Positions 47,263 through 57,105 of a stretch of DNA of 64,000 nucleotides are shown here, one piece after another. Source of the stretch: Candidatus Heimdallarchaeota archaeon (GTDB lineage: Archaea > Asgardarchaeota > Heimdallarchaeia > Hodarchaeales > Hodarchaeaceae); NCBI GenBank assembly GCA_011364965.1, contig RDOB01000005.1, forward strand, positions 1 to 64,000. The letters run 5' to 3'. Every line of letters begins with the position of its first letter. Position 1 is the stretch's first letter. The notes under the pieces are model-generated. The model was not told the origin of the DNA, did not search any database, and was given only the letters and a program-made list of their open reading frames with translations. Made by a program: the position numbers and the translations under genes.

Positions 47263-48339
47263 TTATATTCTTTCATCATCCTGCATTAATGAGACAATCT
47301 CTCTTCCATGAACACTGCGCAGCTTTTTTTCGATAAATTGTAAGGGAACATAATTCTGGTTGATGGAGAAAGCCATCGCTGAAGAGATATACGTATTTTT
47401 TACAGCACCTATGCTGTTTGGGAATCTATTCTGTAAATCTTCTTGCCATTGAAGGTGATCTTTTACATAATAAAATATTATTCCCATAAAATAGTTATAT
47501 CGACCTTCATTTATTTTTATAAGCATAGGGATGTGATCATCTTTTCTCAAATATTTTAATACAGCATCTTTCTGGTCATTTATCTCTACGAGTGATAGTA
47601 CAAAAAAATAATCTGGTGGAATAAATGCTCTTGGAAATCGTGCACTTGGACGTGTAATAATGTTTTCTTCTAACATTGAAACGAGTTTATTTTGAATGGT
47701 GCGACGATTTACACCCATCCTTCGAGCTAGTAAATTCTCATTTGTTTTTATACCCTTCCCTTTTAAAACATATTTAGCGATCTCTAATGAAAGGTTATCG
47801 AGTTCTAGGCCTTTTAATTTGTGGATTTTTCCAGTATTATAGTCATCAATTACAATGTTAATACCAATTGATGGTTTATACTTTAACATTCTTTTAGTGC
47901 TGAATAGCAAAGCTTCAGGTGGATTTTGATTCTCAAAGGTTGTGATAAGGCCTTCCTCAAACATAGCATCACACCAACTTTGATATTGGAATAAGTCCTC
48001 GTGAAATTGAATTGTTAGTGTGTTATAGACTCCCTCTTTAAAGAAGAAGGCAGCATAAATTTGTGGATCAAGCGCAACAAATTCATTAGTTTTCTCATCC
48101 CTCGCTAAATCATCCTTGGAAATCACAAGTAGAGGGTATTCAGTTAGAAGGCGTTCGAAGGAGTAAAAGGGTCTCGTAATTATCTCATTATCAATTAATA
48201 GTTTTAATCGGGTCTTAATTGTATTTCTATGCTTTTTAAAATGGTCCGATAAGTCACTTAGATTAAAATTCACCCCTATTCCTGAAGTTAAATACTTTAA
48301 TAACGTGAGGGAAATTTCATTCTCTAAATGGTATGCCAC
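47263..48339 (-). CDS. Tandem (double) Lrp/AsnC-like transcriptional regulator
   Basis: Two repeats of HTH (LSDLSDHFKKHRNTIKTRL..L; ENLLARRMGVNRRTIQNKL..M), each followed by a RAM-like domain (G.YN). Confidence 0.72.
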   Translation of the reverse strand: MAYHLENEISLTLLKYLTSGIGVNFNLSDLSDHFKKHRNTIKTRLKLLIDNEIITRPFYSFERLLTEYPLLVISKDDLARDEKTNEFVALDPQIYAAFFFKEGVYNTLTIQFHEDLFQYQSWCDAMFEEGLITTFENQNPPEALLFSTKRMLKYKPSIGINIVIDDYNTGKIHKLKGLELDNLSLEIAKYVLKGKGIKTNENLLARRMGVNRRTIQNKLVSMLEENIITRPSARFPRAFIPPDYFFVLSLVEINDQKDAVLKYLRKDDHIPMLIKINEGRYNYFMGIIFYYVKDHLQWQEDLQNRFPNSIGAVKNTYISSAMAFSINQNYVPLQFIEKKLRSVHGREIVSLMQDDERI

Positions 48340-48454
48340 GATTCTTCGAGAAAAAATTAAATTTCTCCTTTAAAGATTTTTTTGGGCCTTAGCACCAATC
48401 AACATTTTTAACTAGATATTCAGATAAAAAAGTCAAATCATATCATTTTTTTCG

Positions 48455-48476
48455 TCGTAAAAGGTATATTTTACGA
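48455..48476. promoter_or_regulatory. Palindromic operator candidate TCGTAA-N10-TTACGA upstream of the Lrp-like regulator
   Basis: Perfect 8-bp arms TCGTAAAA/TTTTACGA in the divergent intergenic region. Confidence 0.55.
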
Positions 48477-48548
48477 TGTTATTATTATTTTAATACCGCA
48501 TTACCAATTTATTAAAGGACATTCACTCCCACTAATATTGGACACTTA

Positions 48549-49082
48549 ATGAATTTTAATTTGAATCTGGTAAAGAAAGTGCAGAAAAGAAATTTTAGAC
48601 TGTTAGAGCTGGTAAATGTTACAATAATGAGTTTTGCCTATATTGCATTATTTTTCTCAGGTTTTCTTAGGCCTGATCAACCATATAACTATTTTATTGG
48701 ATCTTTTGGTTGGATTATATGGTTTCTGGGACTTATGTTGGCATTGTCACCCAATTTTGTATTAAAACAAAGAGGTGAGGTTCCTGAGGGAAAATCATAT
48801 ATTCACACTACCAAATTAGTAAAGGATGGGATTTATGGAGTAATGCGCCATCCTCAATATACTGGCGGGATTGTGATTGCTTTTGCTATGTGTTTAATAA
48901 TCCAAGCTATATTGACATACTTTTTAGCAGTAATTGCGTTAATAACAGCTTATCTTTCAATGGTTTTTGAGGAAGAGCGATTATTGATTAAATTTGGGCT
49001 TGATTATGAAAGTTATAAAGCGAAAGTTCCAAGAGCCAACTTTTTAATAGGCTTCCTCAGAAAAGTGAAAAATCTAAGGTAA
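48549..49082 (+). CDS. Isoprenylcysteine carboxylmethyltransferase/PEMT family membrane protein
   Basis: LVKDGIYGVMRHPQYTG, EEERL...FG..Y..Y..KVPR; TM helices. Confidence 0.85.
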   Translation: MNFNLNLVKKVQKRNFRLLELVNVTIMSFAYIALFFSGFLRPDQPYNYFIGSFGWIIWFLGLMLALSPNFVLKQRGEVPEGKSYIHTTKLVKDGIYGVMRHPQYTGGIVIAFAMCLIIQAILTYFLAVIALITAYLSMVFEEERLLIKFGLDYESYKAKVPRANFLIGFLRKVKNLR

Positions 49083-49100
49083 TAGATATCAGGATGTGGT

Positions 49101-49694
49101 TTGTTGTCTAAAAAAGTGCTTATTGCTTACGCTTCACGGTTTGGGAGCACAGAGGAAATTTCGATAAAATATAAACAAGTTCTTGAAGAAAAAGGATTCA
49201 TAGTTGATTTAATCAACTTGAAATCCCGTTCAACTAATCCCAAAAAGTTGAATGTGAATGATTATTCTGGTTTACTGATTGGAAGTGGAATTCGTGTGTC
49301 TAGATGGACAAAAGAAGCGAAATCCTTTTTAAAAGCCTATACCAAACAAATAAACAGTGGAAAGATTTTAGTTGGAGTTTATCTTAGTTCTGGTGAGGCA
49401 TCTGATCCTGAAAAGAGGCCTGAAGCCGTTGAAAAATATCTCCTAAATGTCTTTAATGAGTTTAATATCGACTTGGGAGATCATTTACTATATGATGCGT
49501 TTGGAGGGATATATGACTTATCCAAAGATACTAACTTAAATTGGCTAAATAAACGAATGTTAACAATGGCTGCAAATTATCCTGAACCTGATTCAAATCC
49601 AGCTTTTGGAATTGGACTTAATCAAAGAAAGGACTTGCGTGATTGGGATCAAATCAATAACTTTATTGAGATTTTTATTTCCAAATTTCAATAA
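49101..49694 (+). CDS. Flavodoxin-domain protein (HemG-like)
   Basis: LIAYASRFGSTEEI, IGSGI, FGG, DLRDWDQI..F. Confidence 0.82.
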   Translation: MLSKKVLIAYASRFGSTEEISIKYKQVLEEKGFIVDLINLKSRSTNPKKLNVNDYSGLLIGSGIRVSRWTKEAKSFLKAYTKQINSGKILVGVYLSSGEASDPEKRPEAVEKYLLNVFNEFNIDLGDHLLYDAFGGIYDLSKDTNLNWLNKRMLTMAANYPEPDSNPAFGIGLNQRKDLRDWDQINNFIEIFISKFQ

Positions 49695-49934
49695 AGTAGA
49701 ACTTCATCCTTTGGAAACACAAACCCCTATGATTAAATTTCGCTTCAGTTCTTTACCCTTAGTAATTATATACTCGTTTTCAGCAAATTCCTGACTTGGT
49801 TTGTATCACATAAAAGTAACTATGTATCCTGAGCGAGCTTCACCGTTCAAAACCTTCAAAAAATCAGAGTAGATGCCCGAATTATTGAATGTTTACACTT
49901 TATTTTTACTTTATTATTTTGGAGTGACTTTAAT

Positions 49935-51185
49935 ATGACTTCTGAAGTAATTGATGATTCAATAACACCTCCAGTTGAGCAAATTCCAGATTTTACACGC
50001 GATTTACTTGCTCTTGTTGGCACTACAATAATTGTATTTCTTATATGGCTTCTATTCTTTGATTTCTATTACGCTATCTTATCACTGGAACTCGTGGGGA
50101 TTATTATTCTCTTTGTAGTGATGATGTTATTGCTACCTTATTCAATGGCTCTCGTGGGAAAATGGTTTGAAATTTGGGCTTATCAGGCTGTATCATGGAA
50201 ATATGGTATGCAGTACATGAACTATAAAAAGAAATGTCCATTTTTGCAGAGAAAGCGTTTAACATTTTCCTGCAAAGCGGAACAGCTAGCCCCTTTTGAT
50301 GTTCCGGCCTTTGAAAAATGTCATAATAAGAAATTATGGGAATTATGCTGGCCTGACCGCGTACCATCTATTATAGAAACATTTGATTCAGTTCCACCTA
50401 AGAAGCAACAGGAATTGTCGTATTTATTAGGCGGTATGAAGGATAAAGCAAATCTTGCAAGTAATAAAATGAATGAAGTACTTTCAGACTTTAATCGAGA
50501 AATCGAAACTCGATTAGCTGCAGGATATTCGTTATCTGAGATGAAGGAAGAATCTGCAATCGCTTCTCTTATATCAATGCTTGGAAATTCTAATCAAAGA
50601 ACTGAGCAGACCATCCGTGCTATTATAGCGCGATATGGGGATCTTGCAAGTCCTTATTTGATTCAAGCAATGCAGGATTGCGATTCTGATCAAAGATGTG
50701 GAGCTATTATAGAAATCATGGGGAAAATCGGGAATGAGAACTTCTTACCAACTTTGGAAGGAGTTCTAAAAAACGAAAACACTGGAGAATATTCTAGGCT
50801 TACAGCCTACTTTGCACTCCAAGCTCTTGGTACCAAGGAATCGTATCAAATAATTGTGAATTCATTAGATTACGCGTCAGATGAAGATTGGTTAACCGCA
50901 AAACAAGTTTGCCATTCAAAAAAATTAATATCTTTCCCTTTATTGATAGATCTTCTCTCTAATCAAGAGATTTCACAGCAGTTCTATGAAAGAATCGGCG
51001 ATATTCTTGCTGATGTTGATGTTCCAACCTACAATAAATTATTCGCGAAGTTTTCCGAAACAGAAGGGATAGAGCGTACTCGAAATCTAGCTAGAATATT
51101 AAAGGAACATACTCCAGAGGAAGAAGAATTTCAAAAACTTCATAGCGTATTGAATAATATAATAAATTCCCCTTTAATTCCTTAA
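49935..51185 (+). CDS. Membrane-anchored HEAT-repeat protein with Cys-rich linker
   Basis: Two N-terminal TMs, four Cys (CPF..C..C..C), then HEAT-like repeats (RLAAGYSL, AIASLISML, IEIMGKIG..LPTLE). Confidence 0.7.
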   Translation: MTSEVIDDSITPPVEQIPDFTRDLLALVGTTIIVFLIWLLFFDFYYAILSLELVGIIILFVVMMLLLPYSMALVGKWFEIWAYQAVSWKYGMQYMNYKKKCPFLQRKRLTFSCKAEQLAPFDVPAFEKCHNKKLWELCWPDRVPSIIETFDSVPPKKQQELSYLLGGMKDKANLASNKMNEVLSDFNREIETRLAAGYSLSEMKEESAIASLISMLGNSNQRTEQTIRAIIARYGDLASPYLIQAMQDCDSDQRCGAIIEIMGKIGNENFLPTLEGVLKNENTGEYSRLTAYFALQALGTKESYQIIVNSLDYASDEDWLTAKQVCHSKKLISFPLLIDLLSNQEISQQFYERIGDILADVDVPTYNKLFAKFSETEGIERTRNLARILKEHTPEEEEFQKLHSVLNNIINSPLIP

Positions 51186-51192
51186 GGGGATT

Positions 51193-51390
51193 TTATTGTG
51201 TCATTAGCACTCTCCATCCTAATTCCTGTAAATTTATAATGAAGTCTAGGATGAAAGGTTGAATTATTGGTGAAACATCCTCAAAAGAATTAAGTTTTCT
51301 ATCATTTATCCAAATTTCAATAGAATGATTTGGGAATTGTATTGTTTTCAATTTAATTGGTAGATGATAATTTCGAAGCATTTTGTCCAC
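51193..51390 (-). CDS. Small hypothetical protein
   Basis: 65-aa ORF in an otherwise empty gap, convergent with the HEAT gene. Confidence 0.4.
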   Translation of the reverse strand: MDKMLRNYHLPIKLKTIQFPNHSIEIWINDRKLNSFEDVSPIIQPFILDFIINLQELGWRVLMTQ

Positions 51391-51722
51391 TAAGAAGGAA
51401 GAAGAACTTAAATAAATATAAATATAAAGAAGACACTGCCTTTTAAAATTTAAATTCGTATCTTTATCTCATCTTAGCAATTGAACTCAAAAAATGAATT
51501 ATTTTTTATTTCCATTTCAGAGGAGATAAACTTTCTAAGGGAGGATTACAATCTTTGAGAATAAGACATTATAATATTTATATTGTCGGATATTTAAGGA
51601 TTTGACGAAGTATATTATTAACTCCAATCGATTTGCTTTAAAATGGTTTAATTACTAAAAAATGAAATCATTAGTCTAAAACAACTCTTTCATTCGCTTT
51701 AATAGTTAAATAAAATAAGTTT

Positions 51723-52448
51723 ATGAAAAAGGGATCCAATATGACTGCTACCATAATTTTATTTGAATCAGCACTCGAATTAATACCAGAACACTTACGT
51801 TCTCATCCTCTCATAAAAAAAGAATGGAAAAAAGGAGTGAAAGAGAAAAATAAAGGAATACTGCTTGATGGTGCGATCCATCGTCCTTTGTTTGAATTAC
51901 TTGAAGATAAGAATAAAAGGGGTAGGCCTGATATAATCCATCAAACTTTGCTCAATGTTGTTTATTCTTCCTTATTTGCAACTTCCAAGCTAAAAGTGAT
52001 TGTTCATACAAGAAATAACCTCACTATTGAAATTCCTAATGATTGGCGTATTCCTGTTAATTATAATAGATTTTGTGGTCTTTTTTCCCAATTATTACTT
52101 AATAATCGAGTTCCATTAGACGGAATGCCCATCCTGGAAACTCAAAAGAACTCTCTTGGAAAATTATTAGATAGCTTAACGCCTACCCAGGTATACTTGT
52201 GTGAGCTTCAAACTACCAACAATTCTCTACCTCAAATCCATTCTTCCATTCGAAATCCGAAAGATTCAATATTCTTAATCGGAGGGTTTCAGGAGGGACA
52301 ACCGAGTGCAGAAACGTACAAAACACTTCATTCTTTCGATTCCATTAAGGTTTTATCGTTATATCCTGATATCAAGCCAACTTGGATAATTGCAGGGAAA
52401 TTGGTTTTTTTATTAGAATCAGGTGAGAATCAGTGGCAATTCTTGTGA
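51723..52448 (+). CDS. nep1: Ribosomal RNA small subunit pseudouridine methyltransferase Nep1/Emg1
   Basis: ESALELIP, LLD...H, RGRPDIIHQTLL, VHT, RIP.NYNRF.GL..QLL, IGGF. Confidence 0.9.
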   Translation: MKKGSNMTATIILFESALELIPEHLRSHPLIKKEWKKGVKEKNKGILLDGAIHRPLFELLEDKNKRGRPDIIHQTLLNVVYSSLFATSKLKVIVHTRNNLTIEIPNDWRIPVNYNRFCGLFSQLLLNNRVPLDGMPILETQKNSLGKLLDSLTPTQVYLCELQTTNNSLPQIHSSIRNPKDSIFLIGGFQEGQPSAETYKTLHSFDSIKVLSLYPDIKPTWIIAGKLVFLLESGENQWQFL

Positions 52449-52960
52449 TCATAACTAGCAAGAACCCAGTTAAAATCGAAGCAACTGAAAGAGCATTCTT
52501 GCATTTTTTTAAAGCAGTTGAATTTAAGTACTGTGACCCTAATATACTTTCACAGCCGATTGGGGAGAACGAGACTTATATTACATCAAGAAATCGTGTG
52601 AAACAAGCGCAACAGTTACTTCCAGGAGCTGATTTTTATGTTGGGATCGAAGGAGGTATTTCGTTAAATTTCTTTGATGTTCCTCGTATAATAGTATATT
52701 GTACTGTTGCCAACCATTCTCGCGTTGAAACAGTAAGAGGTTGTGAGATCCCCTTAGCTGAGAACTGGTATACCTCATTATTAAGAGGAAACCATAAAGA
52801 ACTTGGTGATTTGGTTGATGAGGTTGGTGGTTTTATCAACATAAAGCAAAAAGAAGGTGCAATTGGGTATTTAACTGGAAATTATGTGAAGAGAGTGGAT
52901 ATATTAACACACGGGGTTGCAGCTGCCCTAATCCCTTATGTAAATCCCGATATTTTTTGA
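52433..52960 (+). CDS. yjjX: Inosine/xanthosine triphosphatase (YjjX/DUF84)
   Basis: SKNPVKI.A, QP.G..ET....NR, VGIEGG, ELG, KQKEGAIG.LT. Confidence 0.88.
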   Translation: MAILVIITSKNPVKIEATERAFLHFFKAVEFKYCDPNILSQPIGENETYITSRNRVKQAQQLLPGADFYVGIEGGISLNFFDVPRIIVYCTVANHSRVETVRGCEIPLAENWYTSLLRGNHKELGDLVDEVGGFINIKQKEGAIGYLTGNYVKRVDILTHGVAAALIPYVNPDIF

Positions 52961-53020
52961 GTTTAGCACAAATAAATCCAAGAAAAGAAGGATAGGGAGG
53001 TTTTTAAACTGAATCAATTC

Positions 53021-53575
53021 ATGTTTTTTTGTGAAGTGAATCACTTGATACCATCCATTCGACCATTCAAAGACCAAGTAGAGGCGCCTAAACAAATTGA
53101 GCAAATTAAACATTGGTTGGATTTATTAGGTCTAGAATATGTCATTTTAACGCATGAGGGTTATGGAGGATTTAATTTTCTTATACCCTTGAAAAATTGC
53201 CCCGATATTCATGTTGCATTGGACAGTAACCTGAACCACATCTCTTTCTTTTCTAATGGATTAACCCGCTTATCTGGAGAACCTCAGGAAACCCTTATTC
53301 CATTTTTATTAGATCTTTTAAGATTACAAGGGCAATATTTTACATCTAGACTCATAAGTACTGGTTCAAACGATGAGTTACGCTTATTTATTGGTTTCCG
53401 GTTTGATGAGATGTCAATGTACCGTTTTTCTCGTAAATTGCGGGAATTGATGCAATTTGTGAAAGAAATAGCAAAATTGATAGATCACCATAAAATGAAC
53501 GAACTTTGGCGTGATACAGAACAAGAGCCAAAATTCCCCGAAATTGACGTTCGTGAAAGAGTTAGATTTTTATAA
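53021..53575 (+). CDS. Hypothetical protein (possible YbjN/CesT-like fold)
   Basis: 184-aa ORF; alpha-beta3-alpha-beta2-alpha pattern is only suggestive. Confidence 0.5.
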   Translation: MFFCEVNHLIPSIRPFKDQVEAPKQIEQIKHWLDLLGLEYVILTHEGYGGFNFLIPLKNCPDIHVALDSNLNHISFFSNGLTRLSGEPQETLIPFLLDLLRLQGQYFTSRLISTGSNDELRLFIGFRFDEMSMYRFSRKLRELMQFVKEIAKLIDHHKMNELWRDTEQEPKFPEIDVRERVRFL

Positions 53576-53706
53576 ACGCTTTAATCTTTTCAGTAAGTCA
53601 CTTCTTTATTCTTATCAAATATCACGTAATCTTAAAAATAGTGTAGAGTAGAACACTTCCATTAGACCTTTGATTCTGAAGAAGATTAAAGGAGCATTAT
53701 GAGGAA

Positions 53707-54177
53707 ATGGTAAATAGATCTAATGAAGCAAAAAAGCCTGATTCGCTAAAAGAAATCCTTGCTTCTCTTGAAGTAACTGCACAGGTGAGACCCGAAATAG
53801 AAAAATATACCACTAGCCTATCAGAAAGGTTACTTAACCTCACACGAGATTATTACGCCTCGTTGATTTTTCTTTTCACCTCTCCTTTATCATTCCACAA
53901 AAGGTTGATACTCATGAAGTTAATTTCAATTTATCCTCAAGGAAGTTCGGGTATTGATTTAGCTAGAGCCCTGGGAATATCTGAAAAATCGAAATCCATC
54001 TATAAAGATTTGGCAGCATTGGAGGAGGAAGGATTAATCTCTCTTGATGAAATTCATGCTCGATTAAAATTAGCTTACGCAAATCCTAGTAATCGTCTTA
54101 TCAATAGACTTATTGAACTAGTGCAACTGCATGGAACTGATCTGCATCTGTTACTCTCGGAAAATGGAGGTTTATAG
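53707..54177 (+). CDS. Winged-helix transcriptional regulator-like protein
   Basis: SGIDLARALGI...SIYKDL..LEEEGLI. Confidence 0.7.
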   Translation: MVNRSNEAKKPDSLKEILASLEVTAQVRPEIEKYTTSLSERLLNLTRDYYASLIFLFTSPLSFHKRLILMKLISIYPQGSSGIDLARALGISEKSKSIYKDLAALEEEGLISLDEIHARLKLAYANPSNRLINRLIELVQLHGTDLHLLLSENGGL

Positions 54178-54178
54178 T

Positions 54179-54793
54179 ATGTTATTATTGCCCTTGAAGA
54201 AAATCTGGTATATTCATGTAATCATCATAAGCTCCATTTTAGTCCTGATAGCTTCTATAGGTCTCATAACAATTCAACTCCTAGTTAATACAAATCCAGA
54301 TTTTAGATATGCTACAAGTGAGCAATTTATAGATGACCTTACTCATAAATCTTTGATTCATAGATTTATTATTTTTCCTCAAGAGGGAATCATTTTTCTT
54401 TTTATTGTTAGTTTGGTAATATTAGGAGGAATACTATTTATTTGGACCCCTAATCTAACAGCATTGGGAGTTAGAGGAGAAACAGTGAAAATGATATGGG
54501 ATTATAATCGGTTTCATATCCCAGAAAGACAACTTCTGATTGATACCCCAACTGGGAAAATCTGTGTCCGACGTAAACATTCTTCTTTAAAAGGCGTATT
54601 TTCTCAAGAATATATTCTAGAGCTTTCCATTGCTAAAGATGATTCTGTTTCATCCTTCATATCAGATTTTGGAGGAAAATTCGAATGTACGGAGACCTCG
54701 ACTCATATTATTTTGACATCAACGGTTAAATTTGAGTATTTGCCTTTGAAAATATTCCAAATCCGAGCTTTACTTGCTGCTTTCATTAAATAA
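54179..54793 (+). CDS. Two-TM membrane protein of unknown function
   Basis: ATG at 54179 after GGAGG, 1 bp after the upstream stop; two hydrophobic segments. Confidence 0.6.
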   Translation: MLLLPLKKIWYIHVIIISSILVLIASIGLITIQLLVNTNPDFRYATSEQFIDDLTHKSLIHRFIIFPQEGIIFLFIVSLVILGGILFIWTPNLTALGVRGETVKMIWDYNRFHIPERQLLIDTPTGKICVRRKHSSLKGVFSQEYILELSIAKDDSVSSFISDFGGKFECTETSTHIILTSTVKFEYLPLKIFQIRALLAAFIK

Positions 54794-54941
54794 ACCATCT
54801 ACTTTTACTTTGGCTGAATACGGCTACTAAATAATGTACTATTTGAAAATCATAAGTGTACACAGGTTGAATTTTTAAGCTTCCTGTGAAAGGGTTATAT
54901 AATGGTTTATTTTGAATTTTAAACGAAGTGTGAGTAACTAA

Positions 54942-55562
54942 TTGACACATATTACGGCCTATCAAGTTCAACAAGATGGAAATTGGGATCCAGTGAGTTT
55001 TTCTCAGAATGACCTTAGAGCTAGAGAGGTCTTCATCCTTGTGAACGAGGAAAGAAAAGAACTTTGGATTTGGATTGGCGATGGAGCTGATGTTCGAACC
55101 CGTTTTATCTCAAGTAATGTAGCAGCTGAAATTCGACGCTTATATGGTCTAACACTGCGTGTCCGGTCTGCAGATCAGAATTATGAACCTCAAGATTTTT
55201 GGAATTGCCTTGCTGAAATCCCCAAGGAGGGCTTGGGACCAGAAGTGAGTTCAGCTACCCCGAAATTATATTCTACTTTGACAACCGCGTCGAGAAAACC
55301 CCAAAAAGCTCCAACGAAGGAAAATAAGACGCCCACGTCCGCAAAACTAGACAAAAAAGTATCCTCTGAAAAACTAGAAGAAACTCCTTCTCCTTTAAAT
55401 GTAGCAAAATGTCCGAAATGTGTTGATGGATATCTTCTTCCTTATTCTCGAATAGTGAAAGTAACTGCAAGAAGATCAGAGATACTCCCGTATGCTTCCT
55501 GGCAATGCTCTTCTTGTGGATTTTCTCCCCAAAATCCTGAGGAAGAAAGCGAGTATGAATAA
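54942..55562 (+). CDS. Single gelsolin/villin-like domain protein with C-terminal C4 zinc ribbon
   Basis: L...EVFILV......LWIWIG.GA....RF.....A..I......EP..FW gelsolin pattern; K/T/P/S linker; CPKC...CSSC. Confidence 0.75.
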   Translation: MTHITAYQVQQDGNWDPVSFSQNDLRAREVFILVNEERKELWIWIGDGADVRTRFISSNVAAEIRRLYGLTLRVRSADQNYEPQDFWNCLAEIPKEGLGPEVSSATPKLYSTLTTASRKPQKAPTKENKTPTSAKLDKKVSSEKLEETPSPLNVAKCPKCVDGYLLPYSRIVKVTARRSEILPYASWQCSSCGFSPQNPEEESEYE

Positions 55563-55575
55563 TATTTCCGATTTA

Positions 55576-56235
55576 CTACTCTTTAGATGTTTTTAATAAC
55601 TCATCAAGCTGCTTACGCTTTTCTTCTGGCATCTCTTCCATAGCTTTTTGTTGTTGTTCTAGTAAGTTTTGCATAAATAAAGAATATAACAACGGTAAGG
55701 TCATTTGATTTTCTAGCCTAGCTTCCCAGTCCATTCGTGCCCAATCACGGTCTTGAATGAGTTTTTCTTTTGTCATTGTGCCATTTCCGAGACCAGGAAC
55801 GCTTTTATCTTTTATATAGTAATTCTGTCCGTTGTAACCTAGAGGAAAAGCTTTACATTCATGAGGCATCGAATGGTATATATTACATAATTTATTTTCA
55901 TTATCATACATTGGACATCCCTTTTCTTGTCCCACCAGACCCAGAGCTAACAATTCCTGAGGTTTATCTCCCTCTTTTCTTTGAATTGTGCGAAATTTAA
56001 GGTAAGGGAATACTGAATTAATAATACCTGAATGAGTCCAATTCCTAATATCTGATAAGGTTACTGGAACAATTTCTCGCTTTTCGCAACATTGGCCGCA
56101 CTTCGTGCAGTTGAAAACATACTTCTTTTTTTGTTCTCCCTTCTCTTCAGATGTAGTAGATTCTTGAGTTTTTTCTTCTTTGTTGTTCGATTCTGCTTCT
56201 CTTATCTCTTCGGGATTTTTCTCATTATCAGTCAT
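55576..56235 (-). CDS. YkgJ family cysteine-cluster protein (CxxCxxCC)
   Basis: FNCTKCGQCC, CPMYD...LCNIY..MP..CKAFP. Confidence 0.85.
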   Translation of the reverse strand: MTDNEKNPEEIREAESNNKEEKTQESTTSEEKGEQKKKYVFNCTKCGQCCEKREIVPVTLSDIRNWTHSGIINSVFPYLKFRTIQRKEGDKPQELLALGLVGQEKGCPMYDNENKLCNIYHSMPHECKAFPLGYNGQNYYIKDKSVPGLGNGTMTKEKLIQDRDWARMDWEARLENQMTLPLLYSLFMQNLLEQQQKAMEEMPEEKRKQLDELLKTSKE

Positions 56236-56316
56236 ATGGGTACATCTCCATTGAGGCGGGAATTATTCATTATTTGATAGATTTTTCGAATTATATTCTC
56301 TTTCGTGGATTTCAAA

Positions 56317-57105
56317 TTACATGCTTTGTTTAGCAATAAGAGCTGCTGTTGCTCCTGCATTTATACCATTATCAATATTGACTACAACTAGTCCTGGGGA
56401 ACAGCTCTGAAGCATTGTCATCAAGGCTCCTACACCTTTTCCTCCGTATCCGTATCCTGTGGAAGAAGGGACGCCAATAACTGGTATATCAACAAGTCCT
56501 GAAACAATGGTTGGCAAGGCGCCTTCCATTCCAGCAATAACTACGATCGCACTTACTTTTTCAGTTATCATTTTTTTTAGCGGATTGAATAAACGATGAA
56601 CTCCTGCAACTCCGACATCATTAAACTGGACAACAGAAACTCCCATTAGCTTTGATATACCTTTTACTTCTTCTGCGATTGGAATATCCGATGTTCCTGC
56701 AGTTAAAAGACCGATTTTCTTTTCTGACATTGGAAATATATGACCTTTATTCGCAATTATTACAGTATATGGTTCAAATTTAGGAGCAATATGTAAATCA
56801 TATTTTTCGATTGGGAGATTGTTTTTAATCGCTTCGATATGTTCAGATAAAACACGTGAGAGTAGAACTGCAGGTTCTGTTGTTAATACTCTATTCACTA
56901 TATTTATTACAGTATTCGGAGGCTTTTTTTCTGCATATATGACTTCAGGAATACCTTTTCGAACAGATCGTGCAATATCGACTTGTGCTTCTTCCTCGAC
57001 GAATTCAAGTCTGAAAAGCCTCAGTTCTAACTTAGCTTCATCAAAACTAATTTTTCCTTCTTCGAGGTCTCTTAGGATTGATTCTAAATCACGCATTTTA
57101 CTCAT
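56317..57105 (-). CDS. larB: Nickel-pincer cofactor biosynthesis protein LarB (PurE-like)
   Basis: D..R..RKGIPEVIY..K, TAGTSDIPIAEE, DVGVAGVHRL, AGMEGALP, PVIGVPSS.GYG, MLQSCSPG..VVNIDNG. Confidence 0.92.
   Translation of the reverse strand: MSKMRDLESILRDLEEGKISFDEAKLELRLFRLEFVEEEAQVDIARSVRKGIPEVIYAEKKPPNTVINIVNRVLTTEPAVLLSRVLSEHIEAIKNNLPIEKYDLHIAPKFEPYTVIIANKGHIFPMSEKKIGLLTAGTSDIPIAEEVKGISKLMGVSVVQFNDVGVAGVHRLFNPLKKMITEKVSAIVVIAGMEGALPTIVSGLVDIPVIGVPSSTGYGYGGKGVGALMTMLQSCSPGLVVVNIDNGINAGATAALIAKQSM

Noticed and set aside
41750-49694. Possible mobile island around the MTase/TIR genes
   Set aside because: No integrase, transposase, tRNA or flanking direct repeats found; remains unsupported.
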